A DNA stretch of 64,000 nt, taken from Prochlorococcus sp. AG-335-A05 (GTDB taxonomy: Bacteria > Cyanobacteriota > Cyanobacteriia > PCC-6307 > Cyanobiaceae). The stretch's first letter is position 1, and each line of letters opens with the position of its first letter. A model generated the notes under the pieces. The model had not been told where the DNA came from, did no database searches, and saw only the letters and a list, made by a program, of their open reading frames with translations. The DNA lies in the NCBI GenBank assembly GCA_003282425.1, contig QBZF01000002.1:7808-71807 (forward strand). Reading direction: 5' to 3'. Position numbers and translations under genes: made by a program. Below are positions 1 through 10,562 of the stretch, in pieces.

Positions 1-286
1 TTTTGTTTTTTTTAGCTGCTTTAACTTATATTTATCCATTAGTTAAATACTCTAAAAACAGATTAGATTGCGAGAATAATGCCCAAAATTATATTGTTAA
101 AAATAAAAATCTAACTAACATAAAAAGAAACGAAATAAGAATGTTATCAACTAATTTTTGTAATGGGGGCGATGAAATATATGAAATCAAAAACCTCGAA
201 GATTGATCTAATTATTTATTTCCATATAAAATTACTAAAAACTTATATTATTTTATAAATTAAATTTAATTTCAATTATTAATTCT

Positions 287-463
287 ATGACTAACGTTAG
301 ACAAAAAAAAGAAGATGTGAAGATGCATTTAAAGGATCTTAGAAAAGAATTAAAAAGAATACATCTTAGCGTTACTGAAGAGTTATTATTACCACAACCA
401 GATGAGGTCAAAACTCTAATGTATAAAATGGATCAAATGTTGAAAGTAATCGAATCAAAATAA
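287..463 (+). CDS. 58-aa hypothetical protein, paralog of 1727..1933
   Basis: Hand-translated ATG..TAA frame MTNVRQKKEDVKMHLKDLRKELKRIH..LLPQPDEVK; aligns with KREEVSSHLRYIRLELREMH..LLPDLSEAK. Confidence 0.7.
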   Translation: MTNVRQKKEDVKMHLKDLRKELKRIHLSVTEELLLPQPDEVKTLMYKMDQMLKVIESK

Positions 464-511
464 ACTATAATTTAAAAATAAAAAACATATTTTCCAAAAA
501 ATTGAAATTGG

Positions 512-862
512 ATGAAAAATTCTATAAAGATTACTCAATTATTCTTACTTTTAATTTTTTTAACTTCTTGCAAATCAACAGCTAATAAACAGGAGTTGAT
601 AATAGATTCTGAAGAACCGAAGAGTCAGCAAACAAAGTTATTAAAAAGCAAAATGGAAGTAAGATATTCCTGTGGAGAAGAGGGCATTTCTGATTTCCTC
701 AATGATGGATGGATTATTTCTAAAGAATATACAGAAGAAAAGATATGTACCTGGAAATCATTTCCTGCTACTAAAGATTGCGATATGGAAAAAGACAAAG
801 GTTGTAAAATAACAACTCCTGATAAAATAGGTGAAGAGAAAGTTTATTTATTAGAAAAATAG
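512..862 (+). CDS. Putative lipoprotein
   Basis: Signal peptide with lipobox LTSC; four further Cys. Confidence 0.75.
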   Translation: MKNSIKITQLFLLLIFLTSCKSTANKQELIIDSEEPKSQQTKLLKSKMEVRYSCGEEGISDFLNDGWIISKEYTEEKICTWKSFPATKDCDMEKDKGCKITTPDKIGEEKVYLLEK

Positions 863-1188
863 TTACAAATTATGCTGAACAAGAAAGAATATTTGTTAGA
901 AGTCTTATTTAACAAATTAAAAACAAACTCCAAAAATATTAATTTAGAAAAGAAAGAATTTACTAAATTTATTAATTTCCTAATAAATGACAATCAGTAC
1001 TAAATAATTACAAATCAAAAATTTGTTAAAATAATATTACTAACAATTTAATAGAGATATTAGTAAATGTATAACTTTTCAACTTTAACGATTATACTTA
1101 TAAGTATTTTTGTTCTCAGTTTATATTTTTTATTTAAAGTAACTTCTAAAGCAAAAGATTAAATTGATTTTTTTTCAAAATTTAATCT

Positions 1189-1431
1189 TTAAATAATCGG
1201 GTCCTCTCTTAGTAATAAGATTGATTGATAATCAATACTCTCTTTTAACCACTCTTTATATTCTTCTAAAATACATCTTTGATCCCCTTTTTCTAATGAT
1301 TTAATTCTTTTCTCAGCATTATCGATTGCTAAATTTATGCAAAATTTAATATCTACAGAATTTTCTTTCATAGAAGGATTTTTTTTAAATTTTAATAAAT
1401 TATGACTACATTTTTGTATTAAATATGACAA
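1189..1431 (-). CDS. Hypothetical protein (true start probably the internal MKENS)
   Basis: ORF track; protein-like composition. Confidence 0.5.
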   Translation of the reverse strand: MSYLIQKCSHNLLKFKKNPSMKENSVDIKFCINLAIDNAEKRIKSLEKGDQRCILEEYKEWLKESIDYQSILLLREDPII

Positions 1432-1511
1432 TAAAAAGCATTTATACTATAAAAGTATCAGGCAATACTGAACTAATCTTAATATATTTATGATAATAAA
1501 ATTTTACAATT

Positions 1512-1697
1512 ATGTCCTACGAAGCAGGTAGTAAAGAATGTAGACATTTGATTGAGGCTAAAGAAAGTCTATTACTAGCAATGGAATCTTTAAGTAACAT
1601 CAACTCAACGGATATCTTACAAATACAAATAAAAGAAATTTATAATAAATTAGAGTTATTGCACGACAAAAGAAAAAAAATAGAATTCAGCTCTTAA
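1512..1697 (+). CDS. Hypothetical protein
   Basis: 61-aa helical ORF MSYEAGSKECRHL. Confidence 0.7.
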   Translation: MSYEAGSKECRHLIEAKESLLLAMESLSNINSTDILQIQIKEIYNKLELLHDKRKKIEFSS

Positions 1698-1726
1698 TTT
1701 TTCAGAAAAAATTTGATAGTTAGAAA

Positions 1727-1933
1727 CTAGAAATTTTCAAATTCATTCTTGACCTTCTTTTTTCTTTTATCAGACAACAATTCATAAAGTGCATCTAGTT
1801 GAGCATGTACTTCCTTTGCTTCGCTAAGATCAGGCAATAAATTATCCCTTATAAGCATCTGATGCATCTCTCTAAGTTCTAACCTTATATATCTAAGATG
1901 GGAACTCACTTCTTCTCTTTTAGATGCACTCAT
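1727..1933 (-). CDS. Hypothetical protein
   Basis: 68-aa ORF with a paralog at 287..463. Confidence 0.75.
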   Translation of the reverse strand: MSASKREEVSSHLRYIRLELREMHQMLIRDNLLPDLSEAKEVHAQLDALYELLSDKRKKKVKNEFENF

Positions 1934-2069
1934 ATCTACCTAACTTTAATTATCATAATACAATATTGTATTTTTTTATATTTTTAATGAGATATCTCAA
2001 ACAAATAGAAATTAACCAAAACTTAAATTATTTATTATTTCGTTATTAGTTTATTGTAAAATAGTTTTC

Positions 2070-2246
2070 ATGAAGAAAAAATCATCAAAAAAGAATCCAA
2101 AAAAATTAATAAAAGAGGCTAACAATGAATTAGGACAGACAAAAAATTCAGCCAAATTAATTTTATTTATATTTGGCATTGGTCCAATAATTGGAATTAT
2201 AATATTTTTATTTACTAAAGGATTTTTCAATTCTCCAAACATTTAA
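2070..2246 (+). CDS. 58-aa single-TM membrane protein
   Basis: MKKKSSKKNPKK..LILFIFGIGPIIGIIIFLF..; more plausible than the antisense ORF in the track. Confidence 0.6.
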   Translation: MKKKSSKKNPKKLIKEANNELGQTKNSAKLILFIFGIGPIIGIIIFLFTKGFFNSPNI

Positions 2247-2277
2247 GAAAAAATTATAAATTAAAAAATATTTATAA

Positions 2278-2481
2278 TTATTGAAATTTTTTAAGAGAAT
2301 AAATTCTAAATTCTGCTATTTTTCTTGCATTATTAAGATTTGAAATTACAAATGGGTGATCAGATAAATTTTCAAGAACTTTATCTATTTTCTGAGCCGG
2401 ATCGTTACAATTCACTTTTTGCCACTCATCATCAAAAGAAATAGCAAAACTGTCTGCATTATTATAGGTTTTATCTTTCAT
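2278..2481 (-). CDS. Hypothetical protein
   Basis: 67-aa ORF. Confidence 0.65.
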   Translation of the reverse strand: MKDKTYNNADSFAISFDDEWQKVNCNDPAQKIDKVLENLSDHPFVISNLNNARKIAEFRIYSLKKFQ

Positions 2482-2717
2482 AAAAAGTATTATAAAAATT
2501 TAGGGTACTTAAAATAATTACTTGTAAAAATTGTTTAAAAAATAATAACAAAATAATCAGAAAAAAAAATCTAAAAAAATACCTTATTTCATTTTAATTT
2601 AGGACGGTAAGGTTATAGATACCATAAAAAAAAGTTACTAAGTTATAAAATCTAATACTTTAATCGCCTTGAAATATTTGACAAAAGTGTTACAATAATG
2701 ACAAATGCTTTATATAA

Positions 2718-3083
2718 ATGGGAAATCCAGTTAAAAGAATAGGATATTTACCAAGGAAAAGAGTTCTGGAAATTATTGATCAAATATCTAAAAGTGAATC
2801 TATAAGCAGGTCAAAAGTTGTTGGAATACTAGTAGAAGAGGCATTGGATGCTAGAGGTATCGCAAATTTTGGATACAGCAATTTGAGTAAAACTAAATCA
2901 TTTAATTCTGAACTTTATAATGATAATCCACCCATTAAAAATATATCCGATTCAGAGGATGAGTTTGTTGATGATAGCGGATATACAATCTCCTCCCACA
3001 AAACTTCAGATAGATCTATCTCAACAGCCGATATTGAACTAGCAAATAAGATTAATATCTTAAAAGAATCAGGTTTAATTTAG
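2718..3083 (+). CDS. CopG/ribbon-helix-helix-like DNA-binding protein
   Basis: N-terminal KRIGYLP..IDQISKSESISRSKVVGILVEEAL RHH pattern. Confidence 0.7.
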   Translation: MGNPVKRIGYLPRKRVLEIIDQISKSESISRSKVVGILVEEALDARGIANFGYSNLSKTKSFNSELYNDNPPIKNISDSEDEFVDDSGYTISSHKTSDRSISTADIELANKINILKESGLI

Positions 3084-3225
3084 TAATAGAAAAATTTTTT
3101 TATTTCTTATAAGTATTCATGCATAATATTCAATCTATGATTATTCTATATCCATAATTAAATTTCTTTCAGATAATAAGAGTATCATGTCATTTTCTAA
3201 AATAAAAATTCTTTATTAGTAAAAA

Positions 3226-4542
3226 ATGAAAGATATAAAATGCCCATCATGTGGAAAAACATTCAGAATAGATCCAAGCAGCTTTGAAGATATACTCCTT
3301 CAAATTAAAGACGAGGAATTTAACAAGCAAATAGAGGAAAGACTTAAACTAGCTGAAGAAGATAAGAATAAAGGTATTGAAATTGCCAAACAAGAATTAA
3401 AAATAAAATTAATGGAAGACAGACAAAAAAAAGATATCAAAATTCAAGACCTTGAGTCTAAGTTGAATATTGCTGAAGAAAAGAAATTAAATGCATTAAA
3501 TGAACTGAAAAATAAAGCAACGAACAAAATCAATTTACTCAATAATGAAGTAATTAAACTAAAGGAGGATATTGAAAGGCAATCCTTAATTAGTGATTTA
3601 TCGTCAAAGAATAAAGTAATTGAAGCTGTAAATAGTTTAGAAAAAGAAAAAACTTCATTAATAAACTCTATTGAAAAAATGAAATTAGAACAATCTATTA
3701 ATGCGCGAGAAATTGAAGAAAAATATAGAAACAAAATTACTGAGCGTGATTTAACGATTCAAGAACTAAGAGATATGAAATCAAAACTTTCAACAAAAAT
3801 GGTTGGAGAAACATTAGAAATACATTGTGAGACGCAATTCAATCTAAATCGTGCTTCTGCTTTTAAAAACTCATATTTTGAAAAAGATAATGATGCAAGT
3901 ACAGGAAGCAAAGGTGACTATATTTTCAGAGAGTTTGATGATAATAAAATTGAAATCGTTTCCATCATGTTTGAGATGAAAAACCAAAGTGCTGATGGAT
4001 TTAATAAACGAAAAAATGAAGACTTCTTTAAAGAATTAGATAAAGATAGAACTCAGAAATCATGCGAATATGCGGTATTGGTTTCATTATTGGAACCAGA
4101 AAGTGAACTATATAATTCCGGAATTGTAGATGTCTCTTATAAATATCCAAAGATGTTTGTAATAAGGCCACAATTCTTTCTGCCTATTATTTCTCTTCTT
4201 AGAAATGCTTCTTTTGAAACTTTAAAGTATAAAACTCAAATAGATTTAATGAAAAGAGAGAATTATGACATAACAAATTTTGAAAGTACTCTAGATCAAT
4301 TTAAAAATGCTGTAGGGAAAAACGTTTCTTTAGCACAGGATAGATTTAATGACGCAATTTCTGAAATAGATAAATCAATAAGTCATTTACAAAAAACGAA
4401 AGAGTCATTACTGGTATCTAAAAAACATCTTTTATCTGCTGATAATAAATCGCAAGATTTAACAGTTAAAAAGTTAACTAAAAATAATCCCACAATGAAG
4501 AAGAAATTTAATGATTTAAGAAATGAAGAAGACTTAAAGTAA
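3226..4542 (+). CDS. DUF2130 family protein (coiled coil plus nuclease-like C-terminus)
   Basis: N-terminal IKCPSCG, long coiled coil, GETLE..KGDYIF..FEMKN motifs. Confidence 0.8.
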   Translation: MKDIKCPSCGKTFRIDPSSFEDILLQIKDEEFNKQIEERLKLAEEDKNKGIEIAKQELKIKLMEDRQKKDIKIQDLESKLNIAEEKKLNALNELKNKATNKINLLNNEVIKLKEDIERQSLISDLSSKNKVIEAVNSLEKEKTSLINSIEKMKLEQSINAREIEEKYRNKITERDLTIQELRDMKSKLSTKMVGETLEIHCETQFNLNRASAFKNSYFEKDNDASTGSKGDYIFREFDDNKIEIVSIMFEMKNQSADGFNKRKNEDFFKELDKDRTQKSCEYAVLVSLLEPESELYNSGIVDVSYKYPKMFVIRPQFFLPIISLLRNASFETLKYKTQIDLMKRENYDITNFESTLDQFKNAVGKNVSLAQDRFNDAISEIDKSISHLQKTKESLLVSKKHLLSADNKSQDLTVKKLTKNNPTMKKKFNDLRNEEDLK

Positions 4543-4637
4543 ATTCAAGTCAACTACAGAAAGTTCATAAAATTTTCATATTTAATGATTTATGAATTAA
4601 TAAGGATATAATACAAATATTGATTTACGAATAAATA

Positions 4638-4925
4638 ATGTCTCAAAACACTCCTATTTATAATATTGCAAAGGACCTAAATATTGATAGTAATAGAATT
4701 TTATTGGCTTGCAAATCAATAGGTATTAATGCGAAAGGTGCTACAAAACGATTAAATAAAGAAGAATTAGAAAAAGTAAAAAATTACTTTGAAACAGGTA
4801 AAAATGTTTCTGAAGAAATAGTTGAAATTAACCAAAAGAAAACTTCAATTAAAAGCAAAACAAACAAAATTAAAAGAGAAACAAAAATAAGTTATTTCCC
4901 AAATAGACTTATTGCCAAATCTTAA
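4638..4925 (+). CDS. IF-2 N-terminal-domain-like protein
   Basis: IYNIAKDLNIDSNRILLACKSIGI pattern. Confidence 0.7.
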   Translation: MSQNTPIYNIAKDLNIDSNRILLACKSIGINAKGATKRLNKEELEKVKNYFETGKNVSEEIVEINQKKTSIKSKTNKIKRETKISYFPNRLIAKS

Positions 4926-5008
4926 ATAAAACAAATTTTTTCCCTTTTTCAGTATTTAAAACCACAGAAGAAATACCCAATAAATTACTATAAGTAAAAA
5001 TACTTAAA

Positions 5009-5422
5009 ATGAAAATCACTGAGGCCTTAAAATCTCTTGAAAGTTCTTGGTCAAGAGAAGAGATCCTATTAAAAATAAAGAATGGTGAAAATTCTGAAAA
5101 AATAATAAATGACTTTTGCTCTTCTAAACGACAAGAAATTGAAACACTAACTAATTTTATTAATCCAGACGACAAAGTCCTATTAAGTGAAATAGAAGAT
5201 TTATCAAATATAGAGTCAAAACTAATAAATAAAATTAAAAATTACAGTCTCAATAAAGTTGATTCATCAAAAAAAGAAATAATTCAAAAAAAAATTTCTC
5301 AACCTGAAAAAAAAATATCATTTGATTTAGGGGCTTTCATGACGAAATGGAGTAATAAATTTGTTTTTATTTTTCTTTTAGCTATTTCAGCAATAGCATT
5401 GACTAAACAAGCGTGGGCATAA
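5009..5422 (+). CDS. Hypothetical protein with C-terminal TM helix
   Basis: 137-aa ORF, hydrophobic C-terminus. Confidence 0.7.
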   Translation: MKITEALKSLESSWSREEILLKIKNGENSEKIINDFCSSKRQEIETLTNFINPDDKVLLSEIEDLSNIESKLINKIKNYSLNKVDSSKKEIIQKKISQPEKKISFDLGAFMTKWSNKFVFIFLLAISAIALTKQAWA

Positions 5423-5458
5423 TTCGCTAAATTAATAGCATTAAGATAAATTAAATTC

Positions 5459-6451
5459 TTGAAAGAGGATAGTTCTTATTTAATTAAATACACAAGAAGT
5501 GGTCTTTATTGTGAACTAGCAGATGCTTGGATAGATCCAATTAAACCAGTAAAAAGAGCACTTATTACTCATGCCCATATGGATCATTTCACCTTTGGAT
5601 GCGATGAATATATATCGACCTATGAAACTGCTGTAATTATAAAAGAAAGAATAGGAAAAGAAATCAATATTAAAACTTACGATTATGAAAAAGAATTTAA
5701 AATTAACGGTATCAAAATTTCCTTTCATCCTTCAGGTCATATTCTCGGGTCAAGTCAAATCAAATTTAGTCTCGCTGAAGAAATATGGTTAATCACTGGT
5801 GATTTTAAACGTCAAAAAGATGAAACTTGCAAAGAATATGAAATAGTAAAAACTGATTATTTGATAAGTGAATCAACTTTTGGCTTGCCAATTTTTAAGT
5901 GGGATGAACCTCAAAAGACTGCAACTGATATTTCAAAATGGGTGAACTCATCCCAAGAAAAAACATCTATCTTATTTTGCTATTCGCTTGGAAAAGCACA
6001 AAGAATATTGAATGAAATTAGTAAAACAAATTTTATAAATAATATTTATATACACAGCAGTATTTATAGGATGAATAACTGTTATAAAAAATTAGGAATT
6101 GATATTATTGAAACAAAGAAATTAGAACAAACTAAGAATAATTTGGATCTAAAAGGAAGTCTAATAATACTTCCACCCTCTTTAAATAAAAGTTCTTATC
6201 TAAAAAATTTCAAAGATATACAAACTGGATTTGCAAGTGGATGGATGTCAATTAGAGCACTCAGAAAAAGATCTGGATATGATAAAGGTTTTTCTATCTC
6301 AGACCATGCTGATTGGATAGCTATTTTAAGGACAATAAAAGAATCTAAAGCTAAAAATGTTTTTTTTCATCATGGAGATAGTGAAGCTTTAAATAAATAT
6401 TTAAAAGAAAAAAATTCGATAAATGTTCTTGAATTTGAATATAAAAAATGA
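5459..6451 (+). CDS. Ligase-associated DNA damage response exonuclease (MBL/beta-CASP fold)
   Basis: THAHMDH, GHILGS, ESTFG, SDHADW motifs; operon context. Confidence 0.92.
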   Translation: MKEDSSYLIKYTRSGLYCELADAWIDPIKPVKRALITHAHMDHFTFGCDEYISTYETAVIIKERIGKEINIKTYDYEKEFKINGIKISFHPSGHILGSSQIKFSLAEEIWLITGDFKRQKDETCKEYEIVKTDYLISESTFGLPIFKWDEPQKTATDISKWVNSSQEKTSILFCYSLGKAQRILNEISKTNFINNIYIHSSIYRMNNCYKKLGIDIIETKKLEQTKNNLDLKGSLIILPPSLNKSSYLKNFKDIQTGFASGWMSIRALRKRSGYDKGFSISDHADWIAILRTIKESKAKNVFFHHGDSEALNKYLKEKNSINVLEFEYKK

Positions 6452-8085
6452 GCTTAAAAAAGTTTTCAGAATTATTTATAGATTTAGACTCTTGTAATAG
6501 CACAAATAAAAAGATTGGAATTTTACAAAACTATTTTTCTTCAAATGAGGCTTTAGAAAACTCATGGACAATATATTTACTCACAGGAAAAAACAATAAG
6601 AGATTTATAAGTGGGCGATCCCTTAAAACTTTATTTTCAGAAATTTATGAATACCCTTTGTGGTTAATTGATTCTTGTTATTTAAAAGTCGGAGATTCTG
6701 CAGAAGTTATATCACTATTATTAAGAAATATGATCACTGAAAAAAATATAAAATATCAAGATGTTTCTCTGGATGAATTATTAAACAAATCTTTTCCAGA
6801 GTTATCCATTCTTAAAGAAGATGATAAAAAGTTAAAAGTAAAAGAAATTTGGGCAAACATTCCAGTAGATAATCTCCTAGTTATAAATAAAATCTTAACT
6901 GGCACTTTTAGAGTTGGAGTCTCTATAGGCTTGATAACAAAATCAATAGCAAAGCTAATTAATCTAGATGAGGCAATAATTTCTCATAGATTAATGGGCG
7001 ATTTTATTCCCTCTGAAGAATCATATAAATTATTAATAGATAAAAAAATAAATACTTCAGAACTAAATTACAAACCATACCCCTTTCTTCTAGCTAATAC
7101 TTTTGAAAAGAAAATTATAGATAAATCAATTAACGATTTTCAGTTTGAATGGAAATGGGATGGAATCAGAATTCAATTAATTAAAAGGTCAGGAAAAGTT
7201 TCAATATGGACAAGAGGTCAGGATTTAGTAAATAAATCTTTCCCTGAATTAGTAGAAAAAATCTCATCCATCAAAGATGACTTTGTAATAGATGGTGAAT
7301 TATTAGTCTGGGATTTTAATCAAAATCTTCCTCTTAATTTCTCCTTGCTTCAAAAAAGAATTAATAGAAAGGCGCCATCAAGATCAATTCAAAAAAGTTT
7401 ACCTATAGTATTTATTGCCTATGATCTTTTAGAAATAAATGGAGAAGATCAAAGAGACTCAAATTTAGTAATTAGAAGAAAAAGTTTAGAAAAACATTTA
7501 TATAATTGGTTAAATGAAAGTAAGAAAGAATTATCAAATATTTTTAAAATAAGTGATTTAATATATCCAAAAAATTGGGTAGAGGTAGAAACTTTTAAAA
7601 ACAATTCTAGAGATAATGGAACAGAGGGATTAGTTATTAAAAATAAAAAATCAATATACACTCCAGGTAGAAAGAAAGGTCTTTGGTGGAAATATAAAGT
7701 TGATCCAATGCAACTTGATGCAGTCCTAATTTATGCCAAAGGCGGGAGTGGGATAAGAGCAGGTTTATATACTGACTATAGTTTTGCTCTGTGGAAAGAT
7801 GGAGAATTAATCAAATTTGCTAGTGCCTATTCTGGATTAAACAACAATGAAATTAAAGAGTTAGATAGATGGATTAGACAAAATACTATTGATAGATTTG
7901 GACCTGTTAGATCAGTAAGACCAGAAATGGTCTTCGAAATTTCCTTCGAAAATATTCAAATTTCAAAACGTCATAAATCAGGAATTGCTGTAAGATTTCC
8001 AAGAATAACTAAATGGAGGAAAGATAAGCTGATTAAAGATGCCGATACCTTAGAAAACGCTGAAAAATTAATGCTGAATAAATAA
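6448..8085 (+). CDS. lig: ATP-dependent DNA ligase
   Basis: Motif I EWKWDGIR, DGEL, EGLVIK, WWKYK, VRFPR. Confidence 0.95.
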   Translation: MSLKKFSELFIDLDSCNSTNKKIGILQNYFSSNEALENSWTIYLLTGKNNKRFISGRSLKTLFSEIYEYPLWLIDSCYLKVGDSAEVISLLLRNMITEKNIKYQDVSLDELLNKSFPELSILKEDDKKLKVKEIWANIPVDNLLVINKILTGTFRVGVSIGLITKSIAKLINLDEAIISHRLMGDFIPSEESYKLLIDKKINTSELNYKPYPFLLANTFEKKIIDKSINDFQFEWKWDGIRIQLIKRSGKVSIWTRGQDLVNKSFPELVEKISSIKDDFVIDGELLVWDFNQNLPLNFSLLQKRINRKAPSRSIQKSLPIVFIAYDLLEINGEDQRDSNLVIRRKSLEKHLYNWLNESKKELSNIFKISDLIYPKNWVEVETFKNNSRDNGTEGLVIKNKKSIYTPGRKKGLWWKYKVDPMQLDAVLIYAKGGSGIRAGLYTDYSFALWKDGELIKFASAYSGLNNNEIKELDRWIRQNTIDRFGPVRSVRPEMVFEISFENIQISKRHKSGIAVRFPRITKWRKDKLIKDADTLENAEKLMLNK

Positions 8086-10562
8086 TGGAAAGTGTTATAA
8101 ATAAAAATGAAATTAAGAATATAGAAAAATTTTTTTATAAAAATAATTGGGAACCTCTGCCATATCAAATTGAATCATGGAAAGCATATTTGAATGGAGA
8201 AAATGGAATCATTCAGGTTCCTACAGGCTGCGGTAAAACTTATGCAGCCTTAATGGGACCTCTTTCGAAATTAAAAGATTCCACAAAACCAACTGGATTG
8301 AGAATTTTACTAATAACTCCATTAAAAGCGTTAAGTAGAGATTTAAAAAATGCAGTATATTTAGCCGCTCAATTTTTTAATCAAGACATATCAGTTGGAA
8401 TCAGAAATGGTGATACAAGCTCATATGAAAAAAAGAAGCAAATACTTAAACCTCCAAATATTCTAATAACGACTCCAGAATCACTTTCTCTCCTCTTATC
8501 TAATAAAGAATCTAAAAAAATATTTAGTAATTTATATTCAATAATTATTGATGAGTGGCACGAGTTAATGGGTTGTAAAAGAGGCAATCAATGTGAATTA
8601 TCACTAAGTTGGCTGAGAGGAAATAAAAAAGATTTACAAATTTGGGGAATGTCAGCCACTATCGGTAATATTACAGAAGCAGCAAGAGCTATTGTTGGAA
8701 TAAAAGGGGAACTCCCAACAGTAATAAGTACTTCTATTCAAAAAGAAATTGAAATACTTAGTGTTTTACCTGAAGAAGAAACAACCTTTCCATGGAGTGG
8801 ACATTTAGGAATTAGGAGTTATTCTTTACTTCTCAAAATATTAGATAAAAACAAAAGTACACTACTATTCACTAACACTAGGAATCAGTCTGAGAGATGG
8901 TATCAATGCTTAAGATTCTGCCTACCAGAAATGGAAGATAAGATTTCTTTGCATCATGGGTCATTGGATAAAGATGAGAGAAAAATAGTTGAGGATGGGG
9001 TTAAAAACGGATCTATAAAATGGGTTGTTTGTACAAGCTCATTAGATTTAGGGATTGACTTTCAACCTGTTGATCAAATTGTACAAATAGGAAGTGCTAA
9101 AAACTTAGCTCGACTTATTCAAAGGGCAGGGAGAAGTGCTCATAGACCTGGAGGAAAGTCAAAAATAATTTTCATGCCCACTAACTCATTAGAATTACTC
9201 GAAATTAGTGCAATGAGGAGAATAATAAAAAGTGGGGTATCTGAAAAAATTAAACTTCCTGAATTATCTTTTGATGTCCTTCTTCAACATCTGGTTAGTT
9301 TAGCTTGTGGACCAGGTTTTAATCCGATTACTGAAAAAGAAAGAATTAAAGATTGCTGGAGTTATAGAAATCTAAATGATAAAGATTGGGATTGGTGTAT
9401 TGATTTTTTGGAGTATGGAGGAAAGTGTTTGAAAGCTTATCCAAAATATAAAAAGATAGAAAGAGAAAAATCAAAAGGGGATGAACATAACTTCAAATAT
9501 TTTGTAAAAGATAAATCTTTAATAAGGATGCATAAGTTTAATATTGGAACAATAACAAGCGATAAATTTATAAATGTAAAATATTTAAAAGGAAAATCAT
9601 TAGGCAATTTAGAAGAAAACTTTGCTAGTAAATTAAAATCAGGTGATACTTTTTACTTCGCGGGCAAAATACTGGAATTTATAAAAATTAGAGATATGAA
9701 TTTATATGTAAAAAAATCTTCCAAAAAAAGTTCTTTAATTCCAGCATGGGTTGGAGGTCAAATGGCTATCTCTGATCTTTTAAGTGATAATTTAAGAAGC
9801 GAAATAGATATTTGCAATAACTTAAAAATTGATGATCAGTATATTAATAGAGAATTAAACTCATTGCTTCCAATTTTAAAAAAACAGAAAGATCTTTCAG
9901 ATATTCCACAAAGGAATCAACTTCTTATTGAAATCTATAAAGCTAAAGAATTAACAAGCCTTTTTGTTTTTACGCTTGATGGGAAATTTGTCAATGAAGG
10001 AATTGCCTTTCTTTGGGCATTAAGATTTGCTAATAAAAAGCAATCTACATTTAATATTTCTGCAAATGATTTTGGATTTAGCTTAACCACTGCAGAAAAT
10101 TATGACTTTTCAATTATAAAAAAAGAATTTTCATATTTTATAGAAAATAAAAATTTGGAAGAAGATTTAGAAAATGCTATAAATTTTTCAGAATTAACAA
10201 AAAGAAGATTTAAAAACATTGCTCAAATTAGTGGATTAGTGAACCAAAATAATCCCACCAAAACAAAAAGTTCATCTCAACTACAAATAAGTTCCAGTCT
10301 TTTTTATGATGTTTTTACTAGATATGAAGAAGATCATCTACTTATAAAACAGGCACATGAAGAAGTAAAAGAGTACCAGTTAGAAAATAAAAGAATTACT
10401 AATTCTCTAGAAAGGTTATCTAATTTAGATATAATATTAAACGAGACTAAAACTCCAAGTCCATTTGCTTTTCCATTACTAGTTGAAAGACTTAAAAATA
10501 CATTAAGCAATGAATCTATAGAAAAAAGAGTAGAAAAACTTATAAAAAAATATAATAGTTAA
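8085..10562 (+). CDS. lhr: Ligase-associated Lhr-type DEXH helicase
   Basis: PTGCGKT, DEWH, SAT, QRAGRSAH. Confidence 0.93.
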   Translation: MESVINKNEIKNIEKFFYKNNWEPLPYQIESWKAYLNGENGIIQVPTGCGKTYAALMGPLSKLKDSTKPTGLRILLITPLKALSRDLKNAVYLAAQFFNQDISVGIRNGDTSSYEKKKQILKPPNILITTPESLSLLLSNKESKKIFSNLYSIIIDEWHELMGCKRGNQCELSLSWLRGNKKDLQIWGMSATIGNITEAARAIVGIKGELPTVISTSIQKEIEILSVLPEEETTFPWSGHLGIRSYSLLLKILDKNKSTLLFTNTRNQSERWYQCLRFCLPEMEDKISLHHGSLDKDERKIVEDGVKNGSIKWVVCTSSLDLGIDFQPVDQIVQIGSAKNLARLIQRAGRSAHRPGGKSKIIFMPTNSLELLEISAMRRIIKSGVSEKIKLPELSFDVLLQHLVSLACGPGFNPITEKERIKDCWSYRNLNDKDWDWCIDFLEYGGKCLKAYPKYKKIEREKSKGDEHNFKYFVKDKSLIRMHKFNIGTITSDKFINVKYLKGKSLGNLEENFASKLKSGDTFYFAGKILEFIKIRDMNLYVKKSSKKSSLIPAWVGGQMAISDLLSDNLRSEIDICNNLKIDDQYINRELNSLLPILKKQKDLSDIPQRNQLLIEIYKAKELTSLFVFTLDGKFVNEGIAFLWALRFANKKQSTFNISANDFGFSLTTAENYDFSIIKKEFSYFIENKNLEEDLENAINFSELTKRRFKNIAQISGLVNQNNPTKTKSSSQLQISSSLFYDVFTRYEEDHLLIKQAHEEVKEYQLENKRITNSLERLSNLDIILNETKTPSPFAFPLLVERLKNTLSNESIEKRVEKLIKKYNS

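Noticed and set aside
3-206. 67-aa ORF at the window edge
   Set aside because: TTG start at the edge with no recognisable motif; cannot be evaluated
1455-1468. GTA-N8-TAC NtcA-like site
   Set aside because: The six-base consensus is expected many times by chance in 64 kb of AT-rich DNA; -10 spacing is off and no N-related gene is adjacent
2051-2242. Minus-strand 63-aa ORF
   Set aside because: Shadow of the more plausible plus-strand TM protein at 2070..2246
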